Positions 43,101 to 59,500 of a stretch of DNA of 64,000 bases are shown here, in pieces (the first letter of the stretch is position 1; each line of letters starts with the position of its first letter). Source of the stretch: the human T2T-CHM13v2.0 reference genome, Homo sapiens. The notes under the pieces were generated by a model. The model was not told the DNA's origin. It was given only the letters and a program-made list of their open reading frames with translations, and ran no database searches. The stretch is from the NCBI RefSeq assembly GCF_009914755.1, contig NC_060925.1. The stretch is one strand, 5' to 3'. A program made the translations under genes and the position numbers.

Positions 43101-46100
43101 CAAATGGAATAGAAAGGAATCATTGAATGGAATCGAATGGAATCATCATCAGATGGAAATGAATGGAATCATCATAGAATGGAATCGCATGGATTCATTG
43201 AATGGAATCAGATGGAATCATCGAATGGACTTGAATGGAATCGTTGAATGGACTCGAATGGAATCATTATTAAATGGAATTGAATAGAATCATCGAATGG
43301 TCTCGAATGGAATCATTATCAAATGAAGTCGAATGGAATCACCGAATAGAATCGAATGGAATAATCATCGAATGGACTCAAATGGAATTATCCTCAAATG
43401 GAATCAAATGGATTTATCGAATGCAATCGAATGGAATTATCGAATGCAATCGAATAGAATCATCGAATGGACTCGAATGGAATCATCGAATGGAATGCAA
43501 TGGATTAATCCATGGACTCGAATTCAATCACCATCGAATACAATCGAATGGAGTCATCGAATCGACTCAAATGGAATAATCATTGAATGGAATCGAATGG
43601 AATCATCGAGTGGAATCGAATGGAATCATGATCAAATGGAATCGAATGTAATCATCATCAAATGGAATCAAAAATAAACATCATCAATAGGTATTGAATG
43701 GAATTGTCATCAAACGGAATTCAAAGGAATCATCATCAAATGGAACCGAATGGAATCCTCATTGAATGGAAATGAAAGGAGTCATCATCTAATGGAATCG
43801 CATGGAATCATCATCAAATGGAATCGAATGGAATCATCATCAAATGGAATCTAATGGAATCATTGAACGGAATTGAATTGAATCGTCATCGAATGAATTC
43901 AATGCAATCAACGAATGGTCTCGAATGGAACCACCTCCAAATGGAATGGAATGGAATCATCGCATAGAATCGAATGGAATTATCATCGAATGGACTCGAA
44001 TGGAATCAACATCAAACGGAATCAAACGGAATTATCGAATGGAATCGAAGAGAATCATCGAACGGACTCGGATGGAATCATCTAATGGAATGGAATGGAA
44101 GAATCCATGGACTCGAATGCAATCATCATCGAATGGAATCGAATGGAATCATCGAATGGACTCGAATGGAATAATCATTGAACGGAAACGAATGAATCAT
44201 CATCGGATGGAAACGAATGGAATCATCATCGAATGGAATCGAATGGGATCATCAAATGGAATCAGATGGAATCATCATCAAATGGAATCGAATAGAATTA
44301 TGGAATGAAATCCAATGTGATCATCATTGAATGGACTCGAATGGAATCATCGTCCAATGGAAACTAATGGAATCAACATCGAATGGAATTGAATGGAAAC
44401 ACCATCGAATTGAAACGAATGGAATTATCATGAAATTGAAATGGATGGACTCATCATCGAATGGATTCGAATGGAATCATCGAATGAAATTGATTGAAAT
44501 CATCATCAAATGGAATCGAAAGGAATCATTGAATGGAATCGAATGGAATCATCATCAGATGGAAATGAATGCAATCGTCATAGAATGGAATCGAATGGAT
44601 TCATTGAATGGAATCAGATGGAATCATCGAATGGACTTGAATGGAATCGTTGAATGGACTGGAATGGAATCATTATTGAATGGAATTGAATAGAATCATC
44701 GAATGGTCTCAAATGGAATCATTATCAAATGAAGTCGAATGGAATCACCGAATAGAATCGAAAGGAACAATCATCGAATGGACTCAAATGGAATTATCTT
44801 CAAATGGAATCAAATGGATTTATCGAATGCTATCGAATGGAATTATCGAATGCAATCGAATAGAATCATCGAATGGACTCGAATGGAATCATCGAATGGA
44901 ATGCAATGGATTAATCCATGGACTCGAATTCAATCACCATCGAATACAATCGAATGGAGTCATCGAATCGACTCAAATGCAATAATCATTGAATGGAATC
45001 GAATGAAATCATCGAGTGGAATCGAATGGAATCATGATCAAATGGAATCGAATGTAATCATCATTAAATGGAATCAAAAATAAACATCATCAATAGGTAT
45101 TGAATGGAATTGTCATCAAACGGAATTCAAAGGAATCATCATCAAATGGAACCGAATGGAATCCTCATTGAATGGAAATGAAAGGAGTCGTCATCTAATG
45201 GAATCGCATGGAATCATCATCAAATGGAATCGAATGGAATCATCATCAAATGGAATCTAATGGAATCATTGAACGGAATTGAATGGAATCGTCATCGAAT
45301 GAATTCAATGCAATCAACGAATGGTCTCGAATGGAACCACCTCCAAATGGAATGGAATGGAATCATCGCATAGAATCGAATGGAATTATCATCGAATGGA
45401 CTCGAATGGAATCAACATCAAACGGAATCAAACGGAATTATCGAATGGAATCGAAGAGAATCATCGAACGGACTCGAATGGAATCATCTAATGGAATGGA
45501 ATGGAAGAATCCATGGACTCGAATGCAATCATCATCGAATGGAATCGAATGGAATCATCGAATGGACTCGAATGGAATAATCATTGAACGGAAACGAATG
45601 AATCATCATCGGATGGAAACGAATGGAATCATCAACGAATGGAACCGAATGGGATCATCAAATGGAATCAGATGGAATCATCATCAAATGGAATCGAATG
45701 GAATTATGGAATGAAATCCAATGTGATCATCATTGAATGGACTCGAATGGAATCATCATCCAATGGAAACTAATGGAATCAACATCGAATGGAATCGAAT
45801 GGAAACACCATCGAATTGAAACGAATGGAATTATCATGAAATTGAAATGGATGGACTCATCATCGAATGGATTCGAATGGAATCATCGAATGAAATTGAT
45901 TGAAATCATCATCAAATGGAATCGAAAGGAATCATTGAATGGAATCGAATGGAATCATCATCAGATGGAAATGAATGGAATCATCATAGAATGGAATCGC
46001 ATGGATTCATTGAATGGAATCAGATGGAATCATCGAATGGACTTGAATGGAATCGTTGAATGGACTCGAATGGAATCATTATTGAATGGAATTGAATAGA

Positions 46101-47551
46101 ATCATCGAATGGTCTCGAATGGAATCATTATCAAATGAAGTCGAATGGAATCACCGAATAGAATCGAATGGAACAATCATCGAATGGACTCAAATGGAAT
46201 TATCTTCAAATGGAATCAAATGGATTTATCGAATGCAATCGAATGGAATTATCGAATGCAATCGAATAGAATCATCGAATGGACTCGAATGGAATCATCG
46301 AATGGAATGCAATGGATTAATCCATGGACTCGAATTCAATCACCATCGAATACAATCGAATGGAGTCATCGAATCGACTCAAATGGAATAATCATTGAAT
46401 TGAATCGAATGGAATCATCGAGTGGAATCGAATGGAATCATGATCAAATGGAATCGAATGTAATCATCATTAAATGGAATCAAAAATAAACATCATCAAT
46501 AGGTATTGAATGGAATTGTCATCAAACGGAATTCAAAGGAATCATCATCAAATGGACCCGAATGGAATCCTCATTGAATGGAAATGAAAGGAGTCATCAT
46601 CTAATGGAATCGCATGGAATCATCATCAAATGGAATCGAATGGAATCATCATCAAATGGAATCTAATGGAATCATTGAACGGAATTGAATGGAATCGTCA
46701 TCGAATGAATTCAACGCAATCAACGAATGGTCTCGAATGGAACCACCTCCAAATGGAATGGAATGGAATCATCGCATAGAATCGAATGGAATTATCATCG
46801 AATGGACTCGAATGGAATCAACATCAAACGGAATCAAACGGAATTATCGAATGGAATCCAAGAGAATCATCGAACGGACTCGAATGGAAACATCTAATGG
46901 AATGGAATGGAAGAATCCATGGTCTCGAATGCAATCATCATCGAATGGAATCGAATGGAATCATCGAATGGACTCGAATGGAATAATCATTGAACGGAAT
47001 CGAATGAATCATCATCGGATGGTAACGAATGGAATCATCATCGAATGGAATCGAATGGGATCATCAAATGGAATCAGATGGAATCATCATCAAATGGAAT
47101 CGAATAGAATTATGGAATGAAATCCAATGTGATCATCATTGAATGGACTCGAATGGAATCATCATACAATGGAAACTAATGGAATCAACATCGAATGGAA
47201 TCGAATGGAAACACCATCGAATTGAAACGAATGGAATTATCATGAAATTGAAATGGATGGACTCATCATCGAATGGATTCGAATGGAATCATCGAATGAA
47301 ATTGACTGAAATCATCATCAAATGGAATCGAAAGGAATCATTGAATGGAATCGAATGGAATCATCATCAGATGGAAATGAATGGAATCATCATAGAATGG
47401 AATCGCATGGATTCATTGAATGGAATCTGATGGAATCATCGAATGGACTTGAATGGAATCGTTGAATGGACTGGAATGGAATCATTATTGAATGGAATTG
47501 AATAGAATCATCGAATGGTCTCGAATGGAATCATTATCAAATGAAGTCGAA
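36299..47551 (+). repeat. Run of eight full-length A-type monomers (1406/1407 bp)
   Basis: Successive landmark spacings 1407, 1406, 1407, 1407, 1407, 1406, 1406, 1406. No B-type segment in this interval. Confidence 0.9.
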
Positions 47552-50500
47552 TGGAATCACCGAATAGAATCGAATGGAACAATCATCGAATGGACTCAAA
47601 TGGAATTATCTTCAAATGGCATCAAATGGATTTATCGAATGCAATCGAATGGAATTATCGAATGCAATCGAATAGAATCATCGAATGGACTCGAATGGAA
47701 TCATCGAATGGAATGCAATGGATTAATCCATGGACTCGAATTCAATCACCATCGAATACAATCGAATGGAGTCATCGAATCGACTCAAATGGAATAATCA
47801 TTGAATGGAATCGAATGGAATCATCGAGTGTAATCGAATGGAATCATGATCAAATGGAATCGAATGTAATCATCATCAACTGGAATAAAAAATAAACATC
47901 ATCAATTGGTATTGAATGGAATTGTCATCAAATGGAATGCAAAGGAATCATCATCAAATGGAACCGAATGGAATCCTCATTGAATGGAAATGAAAGGAGT
48001 CATCATCTAATGGAATCACATGGAATCATCATCAAATTGAATCGAATGGAATCATCATCAAATGGAATCTAATGGAATTATGGAATGAAATCCATTGTGA
48101 TCATCATCGAATGGACTCGAATGGAATCATCATCCAATGGAAACTAATGGAATCAACATCGAATGGAATCGAATGGAAACACCATCGAATTGAAACGAAT
48201 GGAATTATCATGAAATTGAAATGGATGGACTCATCATCGAATGGATTCGAATGGATTCATCGAATGAAATTGATTGAAATCATCATCAAATGGAATCGAA
48301 TGGAATCATTGAATGGAATCGAATGGAATCATCATCAGATGGAAATGAATGGAATCATCATAGAATGGAATCGAATGGATTCATTGAATGGAATCAGATG
48401 GAATCATCGAATGGAGTTGAATGGAATCATTGAATGGACTCGAATGGAATCATTATTGAATGGAATTGAATGGAAACATCGAATGGTCTCGAATGGAATC
48501 ATTATCAAATGGAATCGAATGGAATCACCGAATAGAATCGAATGGAACAATCATCGAATGGACTCAAATGGAATTATCCTCAAATGGAATCGAATGGAAT
48601 TATCGAATGCAATCGAATGGAATAATCGAATGCAATCGAATAGAATCATCGAATGGACTTGAAAGGAATCATCGATTGAAATGGAATGGAATAGTCAATG
48701 AACTCGAATGGAATCATCATTGAATGGAATCATCGAGTGGAATCGAATGGAATCATGATCAAATGGAATCGAAAGTAATCATCATCAAATGGAATCAAAA
48801 ATAACCATCATCAATTGGTATTGAATGGAATTGTCATCAAAAGGAATTCAAAGGAATCATCATCAAATGGAACCGAATGGAATCCTCATTGAATGGAAAT
48901 GAAAGCAGTCATCATCTAATGGAATCGCATGGAATCATCATCAAATGGAATCGAATGGAATCATCATCAAATGGAATCTAATGGAATCATTGAACGGAAT
49001 TGAATGGAATCGTCATCGAATAAATTCAATGCAATCAACGAATGGTCTCGAATGGAACCACCTCCAAATGGAATGGAATGGAATCATCGCATAGAATCGA
49101 ATGGAATTATCATCGAATGGACTCGAATGGAATCAACATCAAACGGAATCAAACGGAATTATCGAATGGAATCGAAGAGAATCATCGAACGGACTCGAAT
49201 GGAATCATCTAATGGAATGGAATGGAAGAATCCATGGACTCGAATGCAATCATCATCGAATGGAATCGAATGGAATCATCGAATGGACTCGAATGGAATA
49301 ATCATTGAACGGAATCGAATGAATCATCATCGGATGGAAACGAATGGAATCATCATCGAATGGAATCGAACGGGATCATCAAATGGAATCAGATGGAATC
49401 ATCATCAAATGGAATCGTATAGAATTATGGAATGAAATCCAATGTGATCATCATTGAATGGACTCGAATGGAATCATCATCCAATGGAAACTAATGGAAT
49501 CAACATCGAATGGAATCGAATGGAAACACCATCGAATTGAAACGAATGGAATTATCATGAAATTGAAATGGATGGACTCATCATCGAATGGATTCGAATG
49601 GAATCATCGAATGAAATTGATTGAAATCATCATCAAATGGAATCGAAAGGAATCATTGAATGGAATCGAATGGAATCATCATCAGATGGAAATGAATGGA
49701 ATCATCATAGAATGGAATCGCATGGATTCATTGAATGGAATCAGATGGAATCATCGAATGGACTTGAATGGAATCGTTGAATGGACTCGAATGGAATCAT
49801 TATTGAATGGAATTGAATAGAATCATCGAATGGTCTCGAATGGAATCATTATCAAATAAAGTCGAATGGAATCACCGAATAGAATCGAATGGAACAATCA
49901 TCGAATGGACTCAAATGGAATTATCTTCAAATGGAATCAAATGGATTTATCGAATGCAATCGAATGGAATTATCGAATGCAATCGAATAGAATCATCGAA
50001 TGGACTCGAATGGAATCATCGAATGGAATGCAATGGATTAATCCATGGACTCGAATTCAATCACCATCGAATACAATCGAATGGAGTCATCGAATCGACT
50101 CAAATGGAATAATCATTGAATGGAATCGCATGGAATCATCATCAATTGGAATCGAATGGAATCATCATCAAATGGAATCTAATGGAATCATTGAACGGAA
50201 TTGAATGGAATCGTCAACGAATGAATTGAATGCACTCAACGAATGGTCTCGAAGGAACAACCTCCAAATGGAAAGGAATGGAATCATCGCATAGAACCGA
50301 ATGGAATTATCATTGAATGGACTCGAATGGAATCAACATCAAACAGAATCAAACGGAATTATCGAATGGAATCGAAGAGAATCATCGAATGGACTCGAAT
50401 GGAATCATCTAATGGAATGGAATGGAAGAATCCATGGTCTCGAATGCAATCATCATCGAATGGAATCATCGAATGGACTCGAATGGAATAATCATTGAAC

Positions 50501-53500
50501 GGAATCGAATGGAATCATCATCGGATGGAAACGAATGGAATCATCAAATGGAATCAGATGGAATCATCATCAAATGGAATCGAATAGAATTATGGAATGA
50601 AATCCATTGTGATCATCATTGAATGGACTCGAATGGAATCATCATCCAATGGAAACTAATGGAATCAACATCGAATGGAATCGAATGGAAACTCCATCGA
50701 ATTGAAACGAATGGAATTATGAAATTGAAATGGATGGACTCATCATCGAATGGATTCGAATGGCATCATCGAATGAAATTGATTGAAATCATCATCAAAT
50801 GGAATCGAATGGAATCATTGAATGGAATCGAATGGAATCATCATCAGATGGAAATGAATGGAATCATCATAGAATGGAATCGAATGGATTCATTGAATGG
50901 AATCAGATGGAATCATCGAATGGACTTGAAAGGAATCATTGAATGGAATCGAATGGAATCATTATTGAATGGAATTGAATGGAATCATCGAATGGTCTCG
51001 AATGGAATCATTATCAAATGGAATCGAATGGAATCACCGAATAGAATCGAATGGAACAATCATTGAATGGACTCAAATGGAATTATCCTCAAATGGAATC
51101 GAATGGAATTATCGAATGCAATCGAATGGAATAATCGAATGCAATCGAATAGAATCATCGAATGGACTTGAAAGGAATCATCGATTGAAATGGAATGGAA
51201 TAGTCAATGAACTCGAATGGAATCATCATTGAATGGAATCATCGAGTGGAATCGAATGGAATCATGATCAAATGGAATCGAAAGTAATCATCATCAAATG
51301 GAATCAAAATAACCATCATCAATTGGTATTGAATGGAAATGTCATCAAACGGAATTCAAAGGAATCATCATCAAATGGAACCGAATGGAATCCTCATTGA
51401 ATGGAAATGAAAGGAGGCATCATCTAATGGAATCGCATGGAATCATCATCAAATGGAATCGAATGGAATCATCATCAAATGGAATCTAATGGAATCATTG
51501 AACGGAATTGAATGGAATCGTTATCGAATGAATTGAATGCAATCAACGAATGGTCTCGAATGGAACAACCTCCAAATGGAATGGAATGGAATCATCGCAT
51601 AGAATCGAATGGAATTATCATCGAATGGACTCGAATGGAATCAACATCAAACGGAATCAAACGGAATTATCGAATGGAATCGAAGAGAATCATCGAACGG
51701 GCTCGAATGGATTCATCTAATGGAATGGAATGGAAGAATCCATGGACTCGAATGCAATCATCATCGAATGGAATCGAATGGAATCATCGAATGGACTCGA
51801 ATGGAATAATGATTGAACGGAATCGAATGGAATCATCATCGGATGGAAACGAATGGAATCATCATCGAATGGAATCGAATGGGATCATCAAAAGGAATCA
51901 GATGGAATCATCATCAAATGGAATCGAATGGAATTATGGAATGAAATCCAATGTGATCATCATTGAATGGACTCGAATGGAATCATCATCCAATGGAAAG
52001 TAATGGAATCAACATCGAATGGAATCGAATGGAAACACCATCGAATTGAAACGAATGGAATTATCATGAAATTGAAATGGATGGACTCATCATCGAATGG
52101 ATTCGAATGGAATCATCGAATGAAATTGATTCAAATCATCATCAAATGGAATCGAATGGAATCATTGAATGGAATCGAATGGAATCATCATCAGATGGAA
52201 ATGAATGGAATCATCATAGAAGGGAATCGCATGGATTCATTGAATGGAATCAGATGGAATCATCGAATGGACTTGAATGGAATCGTTGAATGGACTCGAA
52301 TGGAATCATTATTGAATGGAATTGAATAGAATCATCGAATGGTCTCGAATGGAATCATTATCAAATGAAGTCGAATGGAATCACCGAATAGAATCGAATG
52401 GAACAATCATCGAATGGACTCAAATGGAATTATCCTCAAATGGAATCAAATGGATTTATCGAATGCAATCGAATGGAATTATCGAATGCAATCGAATAGA
52501 ATCATCGAATGGACACGAATGGAATCATCGAGTGGAATGCAATGGATTAATCCATGGACTCGAATTCAATCACAATCGAATACAATCGAATGGAGTCATC
52601 GAATCGACTCAAATGGAATAATCATTGAATGGAATCGAATGGAATCATCGAGTGGAATCGAATGGAATCATGATCAAATGGAATCGAATGTAATCATCAT
52701 CAAATGGAATCAAAAATAAACATCATCAATTGGTATTGAATGGAATTGTCATCAAATGGAATTCAAAGGAATCATCATCAAATGGAACCGAATGGAATCC
52801 TCATTGAATGGAAATGAAAGGAGTCATCATCTAATGGAATCGCATGGAATCATCATCAAATGGAATCGAATGGAATCATCATCAAATGGAATCTAATGGA
52901 ATCACTGAACGGAATTGAATGGAATCGTCTTCGAATGAATTGAATGCAATCAACGAATGGTCTCGAATGGAACCACCTCCAAATGGAATGGAATGGAATC
53001 ATCGCATAGAATCGAATTTAATTATAATCAAATGGACTCGAATGGAATCAACATCAAACGGAATCAAACGGAATTATCGAATGGAATCGAAGAGAATCAT
53101 CGAATGGACTCGAATGGAATCATCTAATGGAATGGAATGGAAGAATCCATGGTCTCGAATGCAATCATCATCGAATGGAATCGAATGGAATCATTGAATG
53201 GACTCGAAAGGAATAATCATTGAATGGAATCGAATGGAATCATCATCGGATGGAAACGAGTGGAATCATCAAATGGAATCAGATGGAATCATCATCAAAT
53301 GGAATCGAATAGAATTATGGAATGAAATCCATTGTGATCATCATCGAATGGACTCGAATGGAATCATCATCCAATGGAAACTAATGGAATCAACATCGAA
53401 TGGAATCGAATGGAAATTCCATCGAATTGAAACGAATGGAATTATCATGAAATTGAAATGGCTGGAATCAGCATCGAATGGATTCGAATGGAATCATCGA

Positions 53501-56500
53501 ATGAAATTGATTGAAATCATCATCAAATGGAATCGAATGGAAACATTGAATGGAATCGAATGGAATCATCATCAGATGGAAATGAATGGAATCATCATAC
53601 AATGGAATCGAGTGGATTCATTGAATGGAATCAGATGGAATCATCGAATGGACTTGAATGGAATCATTGAATGGACTCGAATGGAATCATTATAGAATGG
53701 AATTGAATGGAATCATCGAATGGTCTCGAATGGAATCATTATCAAATGGAATCGAATGGAATCACCGAATAGAATCGAATGGAACAATCATCGAATGCAC
53801 TCAAATGGAATTATCCTCAAATGGAATCGAATGGAATTATCGAATGCAATCGAATGGAATAATCGAATGCAATCGAATAGAATCATCGAATGGACTTGAA
53901 AGGAATCATCGATTGAAATGGAATGGAATAGTCAATGAACTCGAATGGAATCATCATTGAATGGAATCATCGAATGGAATCGAATGGAATCATGATCAAA
54001 TGGAATCGAAAGTAATCATCATCAAATGGAATCAAAAATAACCATCATCAATTGGTATTGAATGGAATTGTCATTAAACGGAATTCAAAGGAATCATCAT
54101 CAAATGGAACCGAATGGAATCCTCATTGAATGGAAATGAAAGGAGTCATCATCTAATGGAATCGCATGGAATCATCATCAAATGGAATCGAATGGAATCA
54201 TCATCAAATGGAATCTAATGGAATCATTGAACGGAATTGAATGGAATCATCATCGAATGAATTGAATGCAATCAACGAATGGTCTCGAATGGAACCACAT
54301 CCAAATGGAATGGATTGGAATCATCGCATAGAATCGAATGGAATTATCATCGAATGGACCCGAATGGAATCAACATCAAACGGAATCAAACGGAATTATC
54401 GAATGGAATCGAAGAGAATCATCGAACGGACTCGAATGGAATCATCTAATGGAATGGAATGGAAGAATCCATGGACTCGAATGCAATCATCATCGAATGG
54501 AGTCGAATGGAATCATCGAATGGACTCGAATGGAATAATCATTGAACGGAATCGAATGGAATCATCATCGGATGGAAACGAATGGAATCATCATCGAATG
54601 GAATCGAATGGGATCATCAAATGGAATCAGATGGAATCATCATCAAATGGAATCGAATAGAATTATGGAATGAAATCCAATGTGATCATCATTGAATGGA
54701 CTCGAATGGAATCATCATCCAATGGAAACTAATGGAATCAACATCAAATGGAATCGAATGGAAACACCATAGAATTGAAACGAATGGAATTATCATGAAA
54801 TTGAAATGGATGGACTCATCATCGAATGGATTCGAATGGAATCATCGAATGAAATTGATTGAAATCATCATCAAATGGAATCGAAAGGAATCATTGAATG
54901 CAATCGAATGGAATCATCATCAGGTGGAAATGAATGGAATCATCATAGAATGGAATCGCATGGATTCATTGAATGGAATCAGATGGAATCATCGAATGGA
55001 CTTGAATAGAATCGTTGAATGGACTCGAATGGAATCATTATTGAATGGAATTGAATAGAATCATCGAATGGTCTCGAATGGAATCCTTATCAAATGAAGT
55101 CGAATGGAATCACCGAATAGAATCGAATGGAACAATCATCGAATGGACTCAAATGGAATTATCTTCAAATGGAATCAAATGGATTTATCGAATGCAATCG
55201 AATGGAATTATCGAATGCAATCGAATAGAATCATCGAATGGACTCGAATGGATTCATCGAATGGAATGCAATGGATTAATCCATGGACTCGAATTCAATC
55301 ACCATCGAATACAATCGAATGGAGTCATCGAATCGACTCAAATGGAATAATCATTGAATGGAATCGAATGGAATCATCGAGTGGAATCGAATGGAATCAT
55401 GATCAAATGGAATCGAATGTAATCGTCGTCAAATGGAATCAAAAATAAACATCATCAATAGGTATTGAATGGAATTGTCATCAAACGGAATTCAAAGGAA
55501 TCATCATCAAATGGAACCGAATGGAATCCTCATTGAATGGAAATGAAAGGAGTCATCATCTAATGGAATCGCATGGAATCATCATCAAATGGAATCGAAT
55601 GGAATCATCATCAAATGGAATCTAATGGAATCATTGAACGGAATTGAATGGAATCGTCATCGAATGAATTCAATGCAATCAACGAATGGTCTCGAATGGA
55701 ACCACCTCCAAATGGAATGGAATGGAATCATCGCATAGAATCGAATGGAATTATCATCGAATGGACTCGAATGGAATCAACATCAAACGGAATCAAACGG
55801 AATTATCGAATGGAATCGAAGAGAATCATCGAACGGACTCGAATGGAATCATCTAATGGAATGGAATGGAAGAATCCATGGACTCGAATGCAATCATCAT
55901 CGAATGGAATCGAATGGAATCATCGAATGGACTCGAATGGAATAATCATTGAACGGAATCGAATGGAATCATCATCGGATGGAAACGAATGGAATCATCA
56001 AATGGAATCAGATGGAATCATCATCAAATGGAATCGAATAGAATTATGGAATGAAATCCATTGTGATCATCATCGAATGGACTCGAATGGAATCATCATC
56101 CAATGGAAAATAATGGAATCAACATCTAAAGGAATCGAATGGAAACACCATCGAATTGAAACGAATGGAATTATCATGAAATAGAAATGGATGGACTCAT
56201 CATCGAATGGATTCGAATGGAACCATCGAACGAAATTGATTGAAATCATCATCAAATGGAATCGAATGGAATCATTGAATGGAATCGAATGGAATCATCA
56301 TCAGATGGAAATGAATGGAATCATCATAGAATGGAATCGCATGGATTCATTGAATGGAATCAGATGGAATCATCGAATGGACTTGAATGGAATCATTGAA
56401 TGGACTCGAATGGAATCATTATTGAATGGAATTGAATAGAATCATCGAATGGTCTCGAATGGAATCATTATCAAATGGAATCGAATGGAATCACCGAATA

Positions 56501-59500
56501 GAATCGAATGGAACAATCATCGAATGGACTCAAATGGAATTATCCTCAAATGGAATCGAATGGAATTAACGAATGCAATCGAATGGAATAATCGAATGCA
56601 ATCGAATAGAATCATCGAATGGACTTGAAAGGAATCATCGATTGAAATGGAATGGAATAGTCAATGAACTCGAATGGAATCATCATTGAATGGAATCATC
56701 GAGTGGAATCGAATGGAATCATGATCAAATGGAATCGAAAGTAATCATCATCAAATGGAATCAAAATAACCATCATCAATTGGTATTGAATGGAAATGTC
56801 ATCAAACGGAATTCAAAGGAATCATCATCAAATGGAACCGAATGGAATCCTCATTGAATGGAAATGAAAGGAGTCATCATCTAATGGAATCGCATGGAAT
56901 CAGTATCAAATGGAATCGAATGGAATCATCATCAAATGGAATCTAATGGAATCATTGAACGGAATTGAATGGAATCGTTATCGAATGAATTGAATGCAAT
57001 CAACGAATGGTCTCGAATGGAACAACCTCCAAATGGAATGGAATGGAATCATCGCATAGAATCGAATGGAATTATCATCGAATGGACTCGAATGGAATCA
57101 ACATCAAACGGAATCAAACGGAATTATCGAATGGAATCGAAGAGAATCATCGAACGGGCTCGAATGGATTCATCTAATGGAATGGAATGGAAGAATCCAT
57201 GGACTCGAATGCAATCATCATCGAATGGAATCGAATGGAATCATCGAATGGACTCGAATGGAATAATGATTGAACGGAATCGAATGGAATCATCATCGGA
57301 TGGAAACGAATGGAATCATCATCGAATGGAATCGAATGGGATCATCAAAAGGAATCAGATGGAATCATCATCAAATGGAATCGAATGGAATTATGGAATG
57401 AAATCCAATGTGATCATCATTGAATGGACTCGAATGGAATCATCATCCAATGGAAAGTAATGGAATCAACATCGAATGGAATCGAATGGAAACACCATCG
57501 AATTGAAACGAATGGAATTATCATGAAATTGAAATGGATGGACTCATCATCGAATGGATTCGAATAGAATCATCGAATGAAATTGATTCAAATCATCATC
57601 AAATGGAATCGAATGGAATCATTGAATGGAATCGAATGGAATCATCATCAGATGGAAATGAATGGAATCATCATAGAAGGGAATCGCATGGATTCATTGA
57701 ATGAAATCAGATGGAATCATCGAATGGACTTGAATGGAATCGTTGAATGGACTCGAATGGAATCATTATTGAATGGAATTGAATAGAATCATCGAATGGT
57801 CTCGAATGGAATCATTATCAAATGAAGTCGAATGGAATCACCGAATAGAATCGAATGGAACAATCATCGAATGGACTCAAATGGAATTATCCTCAAATGG
57901 AATCAAATGGATTTATCGAATGCAATCGAATGGAATTATCGAATGCAATCGAATAGAATCATCGAATGGACTCGAATGGAATCATCGAATGGAATGCAAT
58001 GGATTAATCCATGGACTCGAATTCAATCACCATCGAATACAATCGAATGGAGTCATCGAATCGACTCAAATGGAATAATCATTGAATGGAATCGAATGGA
58101 ATCATCGAGTGGAATCGAATGGAATCATGATCAAATGGAATCGAACGTAATCATCATCAAATGGAATCAAAAATAAACATCATCAATTGGTATTGAATGG
58201 AATTGTCATCAAATGGAATTCAAAGGAATCATTATCAAATGGAACCGATTGGAATCCTCATTGAATGGAAATGAAAGGAGTCATCATCTAATGGAATCAC
58301 ATGGAATCATCATCAAATGGAATCGAATGGAATCATCATCAAATGGAATCTAATGGAATCATTGAACGGAATTGAATGGAATCGTCATCGAATGAATTGA
58401 ATGCAATCAACGAATGGTCTCGAAGGAACCACCTCTAAATGGAAAGGAATGGAATCATCGCATAGAATCGAATGGAATTATCGTTGAATGGACTCGAATG
58501 GAATCAACATCAAACAGAATCAAACGGAATTATCGAATGGAATCGAAGAGAATCATCGAATGGACTCGAATGGAATCATCTAATGGAATGGAATGGAAGA
58601 ATCTATGGTCTCGAATGCAATCATCATCGAATGGAATCGAATGGAATCATAGAATGGACTCGAATGGAATAATCATTGAACGGAATCGAATGGAATCACC
58701 ATCGGATGGAAACGAATGGAATCATCAAATGGAATCAGATGGAATCATCATCAAATGGAATCGAATACAATTATGGAATGAAATCCATTGTGATCATCAT
58801 CGAATGGACTCGAATGGAATCATCATCCAATGGAAACTAATGGAATCAGCATCGAATGGAATCGAATGGAAACTCCATCGAATTGAAACGAATGGAATTA
58901 TCATGAAATTGAAATGGATGGAATCATCATCGAATGGATTCGAATGGAATCATCGAATGAAATTGATTGAAATCATCATCAAATGGAATCGAATGGAATC
59001 ATTGAATGGAATCGAATGGAATCATCATCAAATGGAAATGAATGGAATCATCATAGAATGGAATCGAATGGATTCATTGAATGGAGTCAGATGGAATCAT
59101 CGAATGGACTTGAATGGAATCATTGAATGGACTCGAATGGAATCATTATGGAATGGAATTGAATGGAATCATCGAATGGTCTCGAATGGAATCATTATCA
59201 AATGGAATCGAATGGAATCACCGAATAGAATCGAATGGAACAATCATCGAATGGACTCAAATGGAATTATCCTCAAATGGAATCGAATGGAATTATCGAA
59301 TGCAATCGAATGGAATAATCGAATGCAATCGAATAGAATCATCGAATGGACTTGAAAGGAATCATCGATTGAAATGGAATGGAATAGTCAATGAACTCGA
59401 ATGGAATCATCATTGAATGGAATCATCGAGTGGAATCGAATGGAATCATGATCAAATGGAATCGAAAGTAATCATCATCAAATAGAATCAAAATAACCAT

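Noticed and set aside
56070-56255. Single minus-strand 61-aa ORF
   Set aside because: Chance loss of stop codons in one diverged monomer; it is not present in homologous copies.
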